Assembly (NCBI RefSeq): GCF_018350175.1
Contig: NC_058368.1
Coordinates: 195,612,001 to 195,676,000, forward strand
Length of the DNA: 64,000 nt
Direction of reading: 5' to 3'
DNA from: Felis catus
Taxonomy: Eukaryota
The notes beneath the pieces were generated by a model that worked only from the letters and a program-made list of their open reading frames with translations, made no database searches and was not told the origin of the DNA. Positions within the stretch are counted from its first letter, which is position 1. Each line of letters begins with the position of its first letter. Below are positions 47,747-60,210 of the stretch, piece after piece. Position numbers and translations under genes: made by a program.

Positions 47747-48168
47747 GTGAGTGGATGGCAGGTCCCCAGCACGTCCCATGTCTCTCTGTTTCAGTCACCC
47801 AGCCCTGGCGGAGAGGCACAGGATCCACTGAGATCCCTTGGGCACCCTGGAGTTACCTGGGGATACACGAGGGGCCAGGGCAAGGGGTGCTTCTCGCTCA
47901 CATATGCAAATTCCTGGCTGGTGACTTCCCCGACTTGGGCCATACAGACACCCGACCATTGAGAAAGCCTGGGCACGTTGCCAGCCCTGCTGGTCTCTGC
48001 CTTGTCGGGGGGTGCCTCTACACACTATGACTCAGCTTTGGGGCCTGTGGGCTCCTAGCCTGGCTGGAGTAGAAGGGGTCAGAGAAGCCCAGAGCAGCTT
48101 AAGGCAGGTGATTTATCCTTTTGTGCAGGCCGTCTGTTCCTCCCAGGCTTCCCCTCAGGGCATACATG

Positions 48169-48170
<2 letters not shown>

Positions 48171-48206
<36 letters not shown>

Positions 48207-48209
48207 CAC
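48171..48209. repeat. (CA)n microsatellite
   Basis: About 19 CA units with one CG interruption. Confidence 0.95.
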
Positions 48210-50179
48210 TCCTCTAACTCTGGGGTGTCTACCCAGCATACTCTTTCTATACCTCACCCTGCATGCTGCTTTTATTCCACCTATGTCCTCCTCTGCTCTC
48301 TCTTAAAATGGCAGACTTCTTGGAGAACCATGGCAAAAGGTCTGGAATATTCTTCAAAAGTCTTAAAGCCCTGTCCTTTCCTCCTTCGCCCTCCCTCTCC
48401 ACTTTGAGATTTGTTTTTGGTGGTGGTAATAAGACAGTAAGTGGCCTAACTCTTCACCTTGATGTCCTGTTTCCTCAACTCACCAAGGCCTAGGGGACAG
48501 ATGTTGCTCTTTAGTTCATGTTGTGTCTGTCAGTCCCCAGTGCAAGGTCCCCATCAAGTGGTCATCCAGCTTACGCTGGCATGCCTTCAGTGACAAGTGG
48601 CTCCTCACCGTATCTGGCAGGTCTGAGTAGTAGAAAGGCTCTGTATATTGTCTCCTGGGAACTTTTGCCTCCTGTCTTGCCCTATGCCTGAAGGCTCTGA
48701 GATGCTGGCTCAGGAGGTAAGACCCCACTGTTCAGAGAGTAGTTCAGTCTGTGACCTTGGACCAGTACTTTCATCTTGTTAATAAGTTCCTCCTTAGTCC
48801 CACCATGTGCCTATTCCGTGCCAAACCAAGCCAAGCCAAGCCAGCCTGGGAGCTTACAGACTGGTTGGAGAAACCGGAGGGATGAAGCCATTCATGAGCC
48901 TTAAATAGAGCAGCATCCGCCGCCTCAAATCCTTTGTGGGAAGAGGCAGTGGGGGAAATGAATGCAGAATTGAAGAAGCAACATTATCTCCTGTTAGAAT
49001 AAGGTGCTAACAATATTATGTAGGCATTCACTGAGCACCACGCTGTGGCTGTAGGGCATTTCTAGCGCTGCACAATGCAGAGACAAAGGAGTTCAGTGTG
49101 CAGAGCACTGGATCGAGAGCCAGGAAGCCAAAGTTCAGTCCTGGCTCTGCCACTGACTTGCTGGGCAACTTTGGGCGAGTTCCTTCTCCCCATCCCATGA
49201 TTTCCCAGCCTGAGCCCTGAGGTTCCCCTGTAGCTCTGATGTCCGTGACTTCCATGAACGTTTAGGGGAGGCTGCTAGAGGAGCGGAAATGTGGGCAGGG
49301 CCAGGAAGGATGAGCAGGGAGGACACTGTGGGACCGAAGCCTGGTACACGGAGGCTCAGGGAGGGGAAGGTGGGGACTCAGATACCCGGCAGGGGAGCTG
49401 GGCTCGATGCAGTGAGCTGTAAGGTGCCGATAAGGATCCTTGGGCACGGTATTGGTGTAACTGCGGCACTATCTGTGGTAAGCAAGTTCTAGACAGAGGA
49501 GAGGTGGCTTAAGAGAGAGAAAGAGACTGATTGGTTATTGAGATTCGACTGTCGTGCCCACAGTGTGTTTCATTTCTTACACGCTCTACTAGGTTGGGGT
49601 TCTTTGCACTATCTAGAGCAATGGTTCTTAACCTGTTTTGACTCTTGGGTCCTCTTGAGAAGTTGATGAATGCTTGGACCATTCCCCAGAAGACACACAT
49701 AGACATAGAAGTGGGACAGTTTTGGTCCCTGCATGGCTTCCTGGTCAGGAGTCCCCAAGCCGAAGAAGCAGTGACATGGAACGACACCACTTTCCTGGGC
49801 TTGTAGCTTTCATAAGTCAGTTCACCTTCATAAGAACCCTATGAGATAGAAGGGAAGGTAGGAGTGTGTGTGCACTTAGGAGGTGAGGATTCTGAGACCT
49901 GGTGGACAAGTGGTTTACCCACAGGTGCTCAGCGAGCCCCGGAGTGTGGGAGGAAGGTGACTGTGCTGCTGGTAAGCCCGCCTGTGGCCTGGGAGCCCCA
50001 GGTCCTGCCCCGTGAGTCAGCCCCAGACAGGGAACCTGTGTAACTAGAGAATTTCCCTGGGCTAGCTGGGATCAGAGGGGAAACTGAGTCATGAGGCACG
50101 GGGAAGCAGAGGGAGAATGGTCGGCGGTGCCTACTCAGCCCCCGGTGAAGAGTGGTCAGTGTCCCTTCCCTCCCGCCAG

Positions 50180-50371
50180 GAGTTGGGCCCCCTGCCCCAC
50201 GAGGACACCAACCTGATGCTGCACCTGCAGCGCCTGGAGACCACCCTGAGCGTGTGTGCCGAGGAGCCGGACCACAGCCAGCTCTTCACCCACCTGGGTC
50301 GCATGGCCCTCGAGTTCAACCGGCTGGCGTCCAAGGTGCACAAGAACGAGCAGCGCACCTCCATCCTCCAG
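50180..50371 (+). CDS. TNIP1: TNIP1 exon 6 (ELGPLPHEDTNLMLHLQRLETT...EQRTSILQ)
   Basis: cgccag|GAG...CAG|gtgagg, 192 nt, phase 0-0. Confidence 0.97.
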
Positions 50372-52454
50372 GTGAGGCCAGCAGGTGGGAGGGCTGCCGG
50401 GGACGGCAGGTGTGCCTCCCCCCTCCCCCCCCTCCTCCAGCTCTTCTCAGGGATCCAGGGGTACCACGGGCATGTCTAAGGGCAATGTTGGGGGCTGACT
50501 GTTCAGGGTAGTGAGCAAAGTGAGGAAGTTGTGGGAAGGCAGGAGGAAGAGGAAGGAAATTGGAAAATGTGGGTGGGCAATGCAAATTTCATGGTTGGGG
50601 ATACCCTCGGGGCGTGGATGTGGGCAGGTCAGCAGCAGCCCTGCCTCTGGTCTTCACATGTGGGGAGGGGGAAGGAACAGAGGCCAGCCTGTATATGTTA
50701 TTGTCCCTGCCCCCTATGGTGGTAACATCATTACCCCCACTTCACGGGTGGGGGTGCAGCCCTGGAGAGGTGATTATTTTGCCTAAGGTCACCCAGTTAG
50801 TGGGCGATACTGTTGATTCAAACCTCAATCTGTTCTTTTCTAAATCCCATGCTCTTAACCATCATCCGAACCTGCCTCCCCACCGGGGAGTCTTTCTTTC
50901 CCAACCTTCCCTGTGCCGTGGGAGTGAAGTCAGCTTTCCTTCCTAGGCCAGGCTAGGCCTTGGAATAGAATGGTCCTTGGTTCCAGTAGTGACTTCTTTT
51001 TTGCTGTATGACCGTGGACAGGTCACTTGCCCTCTCTGTGCCACACTGTCCCTATCAGTACCATGGAGTGGGGAATGCCTTCCTCGTGGGATGGCTGTAT
51101 TAATGAAGCACCCAGAGCAGCCTCAAACATAGCAAGTGGTCGCTGTTGGAATTTCATGATTGATCATCCGTACTGGGCAGGGGATCTTAGCCTCAGGGAC
51201 CTTGGATAGGGAAGGATTCACAGATGGCAAAACTGGAGCTTGATGAGGATCAGAGCACCTGCCACCTTAGTGACAAGGCATAACTTGAAGTCTCCTTCCT
51301 CCTTCCTAGACCATGCCAGCCACTGGTCAGTCACTGGTCTGTGGTCTCATTCATGTCAGCAGACATTCAAGATATTCCAGTTGATGGAAGTTGGGGAGTG
51401 GTGGGGGGGACATCTACCGTGTGTGACCTTGGGAGGGGCTGGGTTGACAAGAGCAGGAGGGGCGTCCAGGCTGGAGACAGGTGTGAGGAGAGATGTGAGG
51501 GGCAGAGGACTCTGGGGAGAGGGCAGGACTCCCATCCCACCTTGAGAGAGGGACATGTTGAAGGGAATGACCAGAACATGCTGTGAGGGTCTGGGGGCGC
51601 CAGGCTGAGGGAGACACCCTTCTGATGGCAGGGGTTTCGGGGTGTCAAAGCTGAGCTCCGGGGAGGTAAACCTGGGGCTGTTCATGGAGTAAGATCACTC
51701 TGAGTGCCACCATTTTGGCTTTGAAATGGGGAGTGATACCAGGCCTCGTCAAAGGGGGTCCTGTCAGCCTTTGGCGTTTTTTATATAGCGAGCTCCTGTA
51801 TGTGTTTCCTTCTTAGCTCTTATCATAGTTTGTAATAATTTTATCTTATTACGTGGCTTATTTACTTTGTGTTTGATTTTTTTCCCTGTTAGCATGTAAG
51901 TCTCACAAGGGGTGGGGGGCAGGTACCTTGTCTGCCATATTCGTCAGGTATCCCGGCGTTCAGCGCTTAACAGGTGCTACATGTGCATTTTTGAGTGAGT
52001 GAGTGAATCACAGGACCTCACAGGAAAGCTCTGTTGGCTCCCTTTGATGGCAGCAGACGACCTTTGTGACCGCCTCTCTCTATCAGCTGTTTTGTGCTCA
52101 GGGACTGGGAGGAAACTGCCCTCTGGACTAGAAGGGTAGACAGCACGTGAATCCTTGTCCCGGCCTTCCCTTAGTGACCAGGAGCAGGATGTTTTGTTTT
52201 TGGCCAGGGCATCCTGGGTATTTGCCTAGCCTGTGGGTGGAACCACATTAATCCAATTCCTCCTCAGTTATTCATTGATTTGTTTCTTGGTTCGCTCGAC
52301 AAACATTGTCACAGCCAGGTATGGTGCAAGGCGTCTGCTAGACATTGGAACCAATCACCGTGGTTTTCCGTTCTCTCGGCCTCGGATCCCTCATGTCCTA
52401 CCAGCTTCCGTTTCCAGGCTGTCTCCTCCATGCAGCCTTCCCAGGTCTCCCCTG

Positions 52455-52770
52455 TGTTAGGCAGAAAGGGCTAGGTTTTGCTGTGGAAACAAAACAGCTC
52501 TGAAATCTCCTCGGCTGACATACAGTTTCCCTCCGATTCCATGTGGCAGGGGCTAGTTTCTGCTCCTCGGTTTACTCAGAGGCCCAGGCTGACAGAGTCC
52601 CCACCATCTCGTGCGTTCTGGTGTATAAGGCAGCCACAGCCACAGGAGAGACCAAAGAATTGGGCCTGAGCCAGCCCAGAAGTGGACACGGGGCGCTTCT
52701 ACTCACTTTCATTGGCCACGAGTAATCACATGGTCACAGACAGCCCGGGACAAGGACATGGAAGGGAGCA
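52455..52770. mobile_element. Old MLT1-type LTR fragment
   Basis: 'ctaggttttgctgtggaaacaaa', 'tcactttcattggcca..agtaatcacatggtcaca'. Confidence 0.55.
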
Positions 52771-54147
52771 GGTGGAATGCAGTGAATACAACCGGTCCCC
52801 CCCCTCCCCCCCCATCACCCTCCGCACAGCAGGGAGACACCAGTTGAGGGTCTGCCACGTGGAGCACAGTCTCAGCGGCGATTCTCAGCAGCTGTGCAAC
52901 CTCATGCAAATTATTTCACCTGCGATGACTCACTTTTAAAACAGAGCCAGGTGACTTACGCAGCTTTGGGGAAGTGGCGAGGCCCCGAGGAGGCAGCGAG
53001 TGCAGGAGCACCTAGCCATGGACGTGGCACGTACTAGGTGCTCACTGAGTATTTGCTGAAAGTGGGTAACTTTGTACCGACGTGGGGTATCACATCACCG
53101 GTCGGCACTTCCCTGCCCTCCCCGTCTGCGGGGCCCTGAGTCCGGCTGCCCATCTTCCATGCCCCCCCCCACCCTCGCACTGCTTCGAACAGGAGGCCTC
53201 AGATATCAGCACATGACTGGCAGGTCACAGGGCACTTGCACCCTGGCGGTCTTGTTTGTCCTCAGAGCAGCCCTGTAAAGGAGGCAGAGAAGGAATAGTT
53301 GTCCACATCCGGAGAGGAGGGAACTGTGTCTCAGCAGTGAAGCAAGCCCGAGCCACACCTGAGAAATTGCTGAGGTCTTGGCTGAATGCCCTGTTTTCCA
53401 ACTTACCATTGGACAGCACTGGAAGCCTTTTACATTCTCCAGATTGACTGAGCTCATGGGCCTCCTAGGACTCAGCCCTTCCCCTGTTCATTCATTCACT
53501 TGGCCATTCAGTCATTCAGTCGTGCATTCCTTTAGCAGAGTTTAGTGTTGACCGTGCTAAGTGCTGAGCTGGGCTGGGGTCCTGGGAGGGGGTCCCAGCC
53601 CTCCGGGAGCCCGCAGACTCGTGGGCAGAGTCGGGGGTGGATGTTAAGGAAACAATGACACGAGTGGTTCTTTGGCCGTAATTGTCACAAGCACCAAGGG
53701 TGACCAAGGATAATAATGGAGGTGACCTAACTCACCCGAGATTGGGAGTCAGGGAGGACTTCTCTGAGGAAGTGATGTTCAGACTAAGACCTGAAGCAGG
53801 AGTAGAAGGGAGCCGGGGAGAAGGCTGTGGGGCAGGAGTGTTCTCTGCTGTAGGAACAGCAGTGCAGGAGGAGGAGGGATGGAGCTCTCTGCCCAGGAAG
53901 ACCAGGAGGCCCTGTGGCCGCTTCTTGGTCAGGCATCCCCATGGCTGGCTCCGGAGGGAGAGGATGCATAGAGGAGCCTGCATGGGCCTAGCACCTGGGT
54001 TCTCAGCTGTCCTGAGACAGATTGGGTGAGGCCATGCAAAGGGGGTAACGTGTTGGGACCTGGCATGGCTCTGTCCTCCATCATCAAGCTGCATTTAGGG
54101 CCCAACCCTTCCTTCACCTTGCCCCCATCTACCTCTCTGCCTTGCAG

Positions 54148-54242
54148 ACCCTGTGTGAGCAGCTTCGGAAGGAGAATGAGGCCCTGAAGGCCAAGCTGGA
54201 CAAGGGCCTGGAGCAGCGGGATCAGGCTGCCGAGAGGCTGCG
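54148..54242 (+). CDS. TNIP1: TNIP1 exon 7 (TLCEQLRKENEALKAKLDKGLEQRDQAAERLR)
   Basis: ttgcag|ACC...CG|gtaagt, 95 nt, phase 0-2; coiled coil. Confidence 0.97.
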
Positions 54243-55868
54243 GTAAGTCCAGACTCCTCTGGAGTGAGGACTCAGGTGGGCAGGAAGAGAGGGATAGTAC
54301 ATGGCACCGATTTCTGGGCTGAAGGCTGAGGGCTCTGAGGCTTTGGATGTCAGGTCTCTTGGTCCTTTTCCTTGGGTACCTTGGTGTTTCCTCTCTGGCC
54401 CTTTTAGTACCTTTATAAAATGCCTTGAGAGCTTCAGAAGAGGGTCTGTACAAATCGCACTCCTTCCTTGGGAACTTGCCCCCTTAGCTTGTTGTTAGCA
54501 ACCGCCAGTCTGCTGTGGGGAGAGGACTCAGGACTTTGCTGCCCTCTGCTGGCCACCGCCATGTCCTGCTGTTTTCCTGCCAACAGTCAGGGGTCCCTCA
54601 TTTGCCTCCTGGTCTCAGACTTCACCGTGCCTCAGGATCACTGAGGGTCAGGGAAGGCATTACAGCTTCACTCTCTCACCCCTCCCTCCTCAGCTGAGAT
54701 TCTGATTCAGTGGATGTGAAGCCGACCTAGGCATTTTCCCAAGGGCTTCCGTGATTACGGTGTAGGTAGACCCAGGACTACAGTTGAGAAACACTGCTCT
54801 TGATTGTCCGAGTGTGAAGGGCCCTTTGAGGTTATGCAGGTCAGACCCCTCATGGTGCAGAGGGAGACTGAGGCCCAGAGAGAGTCATATGTAACCACTG
54901 AGCCGTTGTGCCATTTTGAGGCAGCATATATTTATTTACTTCTGGATGGCCAAACAGTTGGGAGTTTTAGAGCCGTAATGACTCCATCCATGGATCCGAA
55001 ACCCCAGGTCGGAGGAATAACTCGTGACTAGAAAGCAAGAGTGCAAGTCCCTACTGTGTGACCTTGGGAAAGCCACTTTACTTCTCTGTCTCTCTTTTTT
55101 TTTTTCTTCTGTTATTACGTGGAAACTTAGCCGGCAAATAGAACGTAAAGAAATATTTTTCGTACTTCAGTCATACCTGAATCCATATCACCACGTTTAT
55201 TATGTCCTATATCACCTACCTTATTGATTTAAGAATTTGCTTCAATTTGAATCATGTTTTTGCTTAAAATGATGATAAAGAAAAGTTGCGCTGGAGTTCA
55301 TGGAAAACACCATTACCTTTAATAAATAGAAGACAACCCTAACAATAAATACAACGAACACGGAAGGGTGTTGGGTGTTAGTAAGTCCTGGCAGAGTGCC
55401 GCCACCCACTGAAAGCTCTGAGCCTGAAGCCTGCCCTTGTCCTGTGAACAAGGGAGACTGGCAAGTCCTGGAGGAGTGCTCAAGACCTGTCGGCACCAGC
55501 TGAGACTGTTCCATGCTCTACACAAGAAGTTTGAAGATGATTGGAAAGGGTGTAACTTCCTCACTAGAGTGCGGTCAGGGTTATTTGATGCAGGCTTGGA
55601 CACATCCTGGAGTTCTCCTGTTTGCAGACCTCCCACAGTTGGGAAACCCTGCTGTTGATTGATGATCAGAGACTTCCAGAGAAGCCCACATTGCCAGCAA
55701 AGTGGCTTAAGGATGCCTTCTTTTGTTCTATCCAAGGGCAGGTTTCAGGGTCCTCCCTTCTTCCCCAGAACTCAGCTGTAGTAGTAGGTGATGAGTAGTA
55801 GGTCTGAGAACCCCAGGCTTCTTAACACAGGGCCGGCAACGTGACCTCTCTGTTTGCCTCCGACCCAG

Positions 55869-55989
55869 GGAGGAAAACATGGAGCTCAAGAGGTTGTTGA
55901 TGAGCTGCGGCAAAGAGGATACCTGTGGGCAGCCGGGCTTCCCAAAGATGGAAGGCGCAGGCAAGAAGGGGGTGGCCGGACAGCAGCAG
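55869..55989 (+). CDS. TNIP1: TNIP1 exon 8 (EENMELKRLLMSCGKEDTCGQPGFPKMEGAGKKGVAGQQQ)
   Basis: acccag|G GAG...CAG|gtacgt, 121 nt, phase 2-0. Confidence 0.95.
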
Positions 55990-57552
55990 GTACGTGGTCA
56001 CAGACTCCTTCCACAGCATCTGGGATCGCCGCTGTCTAGCCTCCGTTGCCCCCTGCAGTGAGCTCACCACTTCCTGCCATAGCCCGTTCTGCTGTTACAG
56101 GGTTCCCGTTAGATGGCTTTTCCTTAGCTGGGCCTGACAGTCCACCTGTCCCGGAGTTTCCACTTCTTAGCCCTCCTTCTGCCTTTAGCCACACGGAACA
56201 TCCCATTCCCTGGGACACACGGGCTGCTGGCCATGACCGTGGCCTCGTGGCCCCCACCGGCCTTCTCTCCAGGCTGCGTAATTTCATTTCCTTCAGCCAC
56301 GGCTCATGGAAGGTGGTACTGAGTCCTTCGGTCAGTTTGGGCACATTCCCTAAACACGTTCCGGTTTGTGAAGGTCTCTTGTGGGTGGGTCTCAAAAGTC
56401 AGTGTAACATCTCAGATATTCCTGGCAGAATTAGGGTGTTGGGTTGAGAAGGCCCATCAGGGGACTCTGTTCAGCTCCTGGGATTCCTTCCTAGAGCCTC
56501 TGACCTGGACAGAAGTGGGGTTAGCTGACATTGCCATGGCCCGTCGCCCCTTCCCACCGCGGCTCTCAGCTGTGCCCCACGCCCAGTTCCCGAGCAGAAG
56601 CTGAATCTCTTCCCTTGCCCAGTGTGTACCTTTCCCCTTGGTGTGGCGCTGAGTCCCAACTTTTTACTGACACGTTTCCCCTTTTTACTAGGGTTTAATG
56701 GCCGCGCGGCAGGATTTGACATTTTTAACAAACCCACACCTATGTAAAGGCAGTAATTATCCTAATAACTTAATTCCTCACTACTATGTGGCAAGGTAGC
56801 ATTTACCTGGGGCTTGCAAATCCATCATCCTGTTTGGATCTCCACTCTACACGTATGCTAGGCAGGGCCGGGACTATTACTGCATGACACAGCGGTGGTA
56901 GGAGGTGTGGAGAGGTCATGTGACTTCCTGTCATCAAGATCCCTGCATCACCTGCTATCAGGCAGACAGAGGGGTGCCTCGGGGTGCCTCAGGGAAATGC
57001 GCTGATAAATGGCCTTCTGAATTCCAGCCCAGGGAGCCCCTCCCTTCCTCCATTTAGCCCTCAGGGCAGAGCCTGCTTGGCCGTCCCCTTGCGGAAGTGA
57101 CTTGTGAAGCCCCCTGATCCCCCGTGGGTTCCCTGAGCCACCACGGGTGTGGGATTCCCTGGGGAGGCCTCTTCGCTTTCCCAAGCCCTTTAATGTTGGC
57201 TCATCTAACTTGACCCCCCAGAGGCCCAGCCCTTCTTACCACCCTGCTGGGGACGAAGGCCCCATGGGAGGCATGCGTTATGGGCTGCGGTGGAGCCCGT
57301 GCCCTGGAGCTGGCTCCACCTCGTGCCAGCACGGCCACCGTGACTGAGTGACATAAACCAACCATCTGGCCTCAGTTTCTTCTTCTGTAAAATGGAGGCT
57401 GTGACACCCACCTCGGAGGATGGCGGGAGGGTTCAGGGTGATACCTGTAAAGTAGGTGTGGCGCTGGGCACATGGTAAACAGTGAAACTAGCTGTTGCTT
57501 TAATGGTAGCTTTGGTGCCAGCAGCCAGGTGGGCTGATTCTTCTCTTCTTCT

Positions 57553-57738
57553 TCTTCTTCTTTTTTTTAAAGTTTATTTATTTATTTTGAGAGAGGGGCA
57601 GAGAGAGAAGGAGAGAGAGAATCCCAAACAGGCTCCACACCAGCAGCTCCAAGCCTGAGAACTCACCAACCATGAGATCATGACCTGAGCCGAAACTGAG
57701 TCGGGACGCCTAACGGACTGAGCCACCCAGGCGCCCCC
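57553..57738 (-). mobile_element. SINEC SINE
   Basis: Antisense SINEC with GA(T/C)TCTTCTCTT TSD. Confidence 0.88.
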
Positions 57739-58229
57739 GACTCTTCTCTTTGTGGAGGTTGATTGTGTGCCCCCCAGGAGACCCTGTCCCCTCTTCCTCC
57801 TTGTCCTGTGAGGACACAGCAGGCTTCCAGGGGCAGGCCCATCTTTTGCCTTTCTTAAAGGTGACGGTCCTTGGAGGGCTCCCCCAGCCCACTGCCCTTC
57901 CTCCCCGGGTCTGTGGTGTGCTGGCAGGCAATCGCCTGCAGGGGGCACCTGAGCCTCACTAGTCCTGCATTCAGGGACCGCCCCGTCCCCAGGAGCCATG
58001 GGAAGGCAGGGGATAGAGAGAATGTGGGCAGCGACCCCAGGACAAATGCTGACAAGCCCATGGGTGTCAGAGATTGGGGCCTGCAGAGCCCATCTGGCTT
58101 GATCTCCCTTGTACCAAGGCCCAGAGAGGGTGTGGGTCTTGGCCTCGTGCAGGGCCTTGGAGGTAGACCCAATACTCCACTGCTGGACTCCTAAGCTCAT
58201 TCTCTTTCACCTCCACATTTCCTGTTTAA

Positions 58230-58869
58230 ACAAAAATTTTTTTAACTTCTAGAGAACTTTAGATTTACAAAAAACCAATTGCAAAAGTAGTCCGGACGAT
58301 CCCCTGTATCTCCTTATCAAGTTACATAACCACGGTTCAATGACCAAAACTCAAAAACAAACAACACTATTAACTAAACTACAGACTTTGTTCAGATTTC
58401 ACCAGTTTCTCGCTCATATCCTCTTTCTTACTTTCTGTGCTGGCGCTGGGAGTCCAGGATCCCACGCCGCACTTGGGTGTCACAGTCCTTAGTTTCCTCC
58501 AGTCTGTGACAGTTCCCAGCTGCACCTTGTGTTTCGCGCTTCTGACTTGTGCTGGCCAGTTATTCTGTAACATGTGCCTCAGTATGGGTTTAACTGATGT
58601 TTTCTCGTGATCAGATTGAGATGTGGATTTGCGCAAGGTTCCCCGGGAGTGACACCATGCCCTTCGTGGTGCATCATGTCAAGGATACATGATGTCAGTG
58701 TATCTTACTACTGTCAACACTGATTGCTTGGCTGAGGGGGCGTGTGTTGGTTTTTCCATAATAAAGGGGCTAATTTTCCCTTTGTAGTTAATAAATCCTT
58801 TTTTTAAATCATTTTTTTAAGTTTCTATTTATTTTGAGAGAGAGAGAGAGAGAGCACGAGCCAGGGTGG

Positions 58870-58906
<37 letters not shown>

Positions 58907-59720
58907 AGAGAAAGAGAAAATCCCAAGCAGGCTCTGCAGAATCAGCACAGAGCCTGACATGGGGCTGGAACCCATGAAACTGTGAGATCATGACCTGAGC
59001 CAAAATCAAAAGATGGACACTTAACCGACTGAGCCACCCAGGTGCCCCAACAAAGACTTATTTTTGAGGAGAAACTTTAAGTCTGTGCAAATGTCCTGTT
59101 TCTTTTTACACTTCTCACTAATTTTCATATCCATTGGTGGATCTCACCTGCCACGATCATTATGACGATAGTGTTCTCACAGAGATTTTGAATTTCTCTC
59201 ATTCCCTGTATACTCAGTAATTGGAATTCTTCTGTAAGGAAGAGTTTTCCCTTCTCCCCCACTTATCTATTTATTCAGCTGTTCCTTTCTACCAGTATGG
59301 ACTCAGGGCATTTATTTTATTCTTTGGGCTATGATCCAGTTCTGTCACGATGTATATTTTTGTTCAAATCGCTCCAGCTTTGGCCACAGGAAGCTCTTTC
59401 GAGTTGTCTCTTTTGCCCGTTAGACATGCCCTTCTTCATGTAATTATTATCGAGCACTTTCTTACTTTCTGGCACAAGATAACTCCAAGCTCTCCTTATA
59501 TTTTCCCTGCCCCGGGAATGAACCACTTCTCTAAGGAACCCTATTTCTTTTTGTTAGAGAATGGCATTTAGAAACCAAGATCTGGGCCCTGGGTGTGCTC
59601 GTTGCCACTAGAGTGTCATGTCATGGCTTTAGGCTTTCTCAGAGGACAGAGCTAGGAAACACACGCACAGGTACTAATCACACATACACATACGTCTTTA
59701 TTTCTGTATCTTTCTAAAAA
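58230..59720 (-). mobile_element. Old L1MC-like 3' region (antisense), interrupted by a SINE
   Basis: 'actacagactttgttcagatttcaccagttt', 'gctttggccacaggaagctctttc', 'tttagaaaccaagatctggg'. Confidence 0.65.
58798..59048 (-). mobile_element. SINEC SINE nested in L1MC
   Basis: Antisense SINEC with expanded (GA)n. Confidence 0.9.
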
Positions 59721-60120
59721 GGGTCTTTAAGTAAACATTTTGTAAAATGTTAAAAAAAATCTATAACTCTTGCCTTCCAGGTCAGAAGATGTTTGGTTGA
59801 TGTGTGTTGGGGAAGAAGAGGGGAGGGAAGGCGGCAGTGTCTTAGAGATAGAGTCTGAGCAGGGGAAGAAGTGGCCATGGCAGGGGAGCAGAGGGCAGGA
59901 GGGCAGGGGAGGAGGGGAGGAGGAATAATGATCTCAGCAGACTTTCCCAAGCAGGCGTAGTCATGGCTGGGATGTGTAGCGGTGTCCTGGCCAGTGAGGG
60001 GATTAGAAATGTGGGAGACCCAGGGCTGGGTCCCTGGGTAGAGGCTTTTAAGGAGCGCTGAGTGAGTGACAGAATTGTTCTCTGAGGCTTTGCTGAAGTC
60101 CCCTCCGTGTTTCTCCCCAG

Positions 60121-60210
60121 GCTTGTGTGACAGCAGGTAAGATCCCAGAGGTCGGGGCCTTGGGTGCAGCCGAGAAGAAGGTGAAAATGCTGGAGCAGCA
60201 GCGCGCAGAG
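60121..60210 (+). CDS. TNIP1: TNIP1 exon 9 (ACVTAGKIPEVGALGAAEKKVKMLEQQRAE)
   Basis: ccccag|GCT...GAG|gtaggt, 90 nt, phase 0-0. Confidence 0.95.

Noticed and set aside
57121..57147. Short inverted repeat CCCGTGG…CCACGGG
   Set aside because: A 7-bp stem is expected by chance; no pre-miRNA-length hairpin
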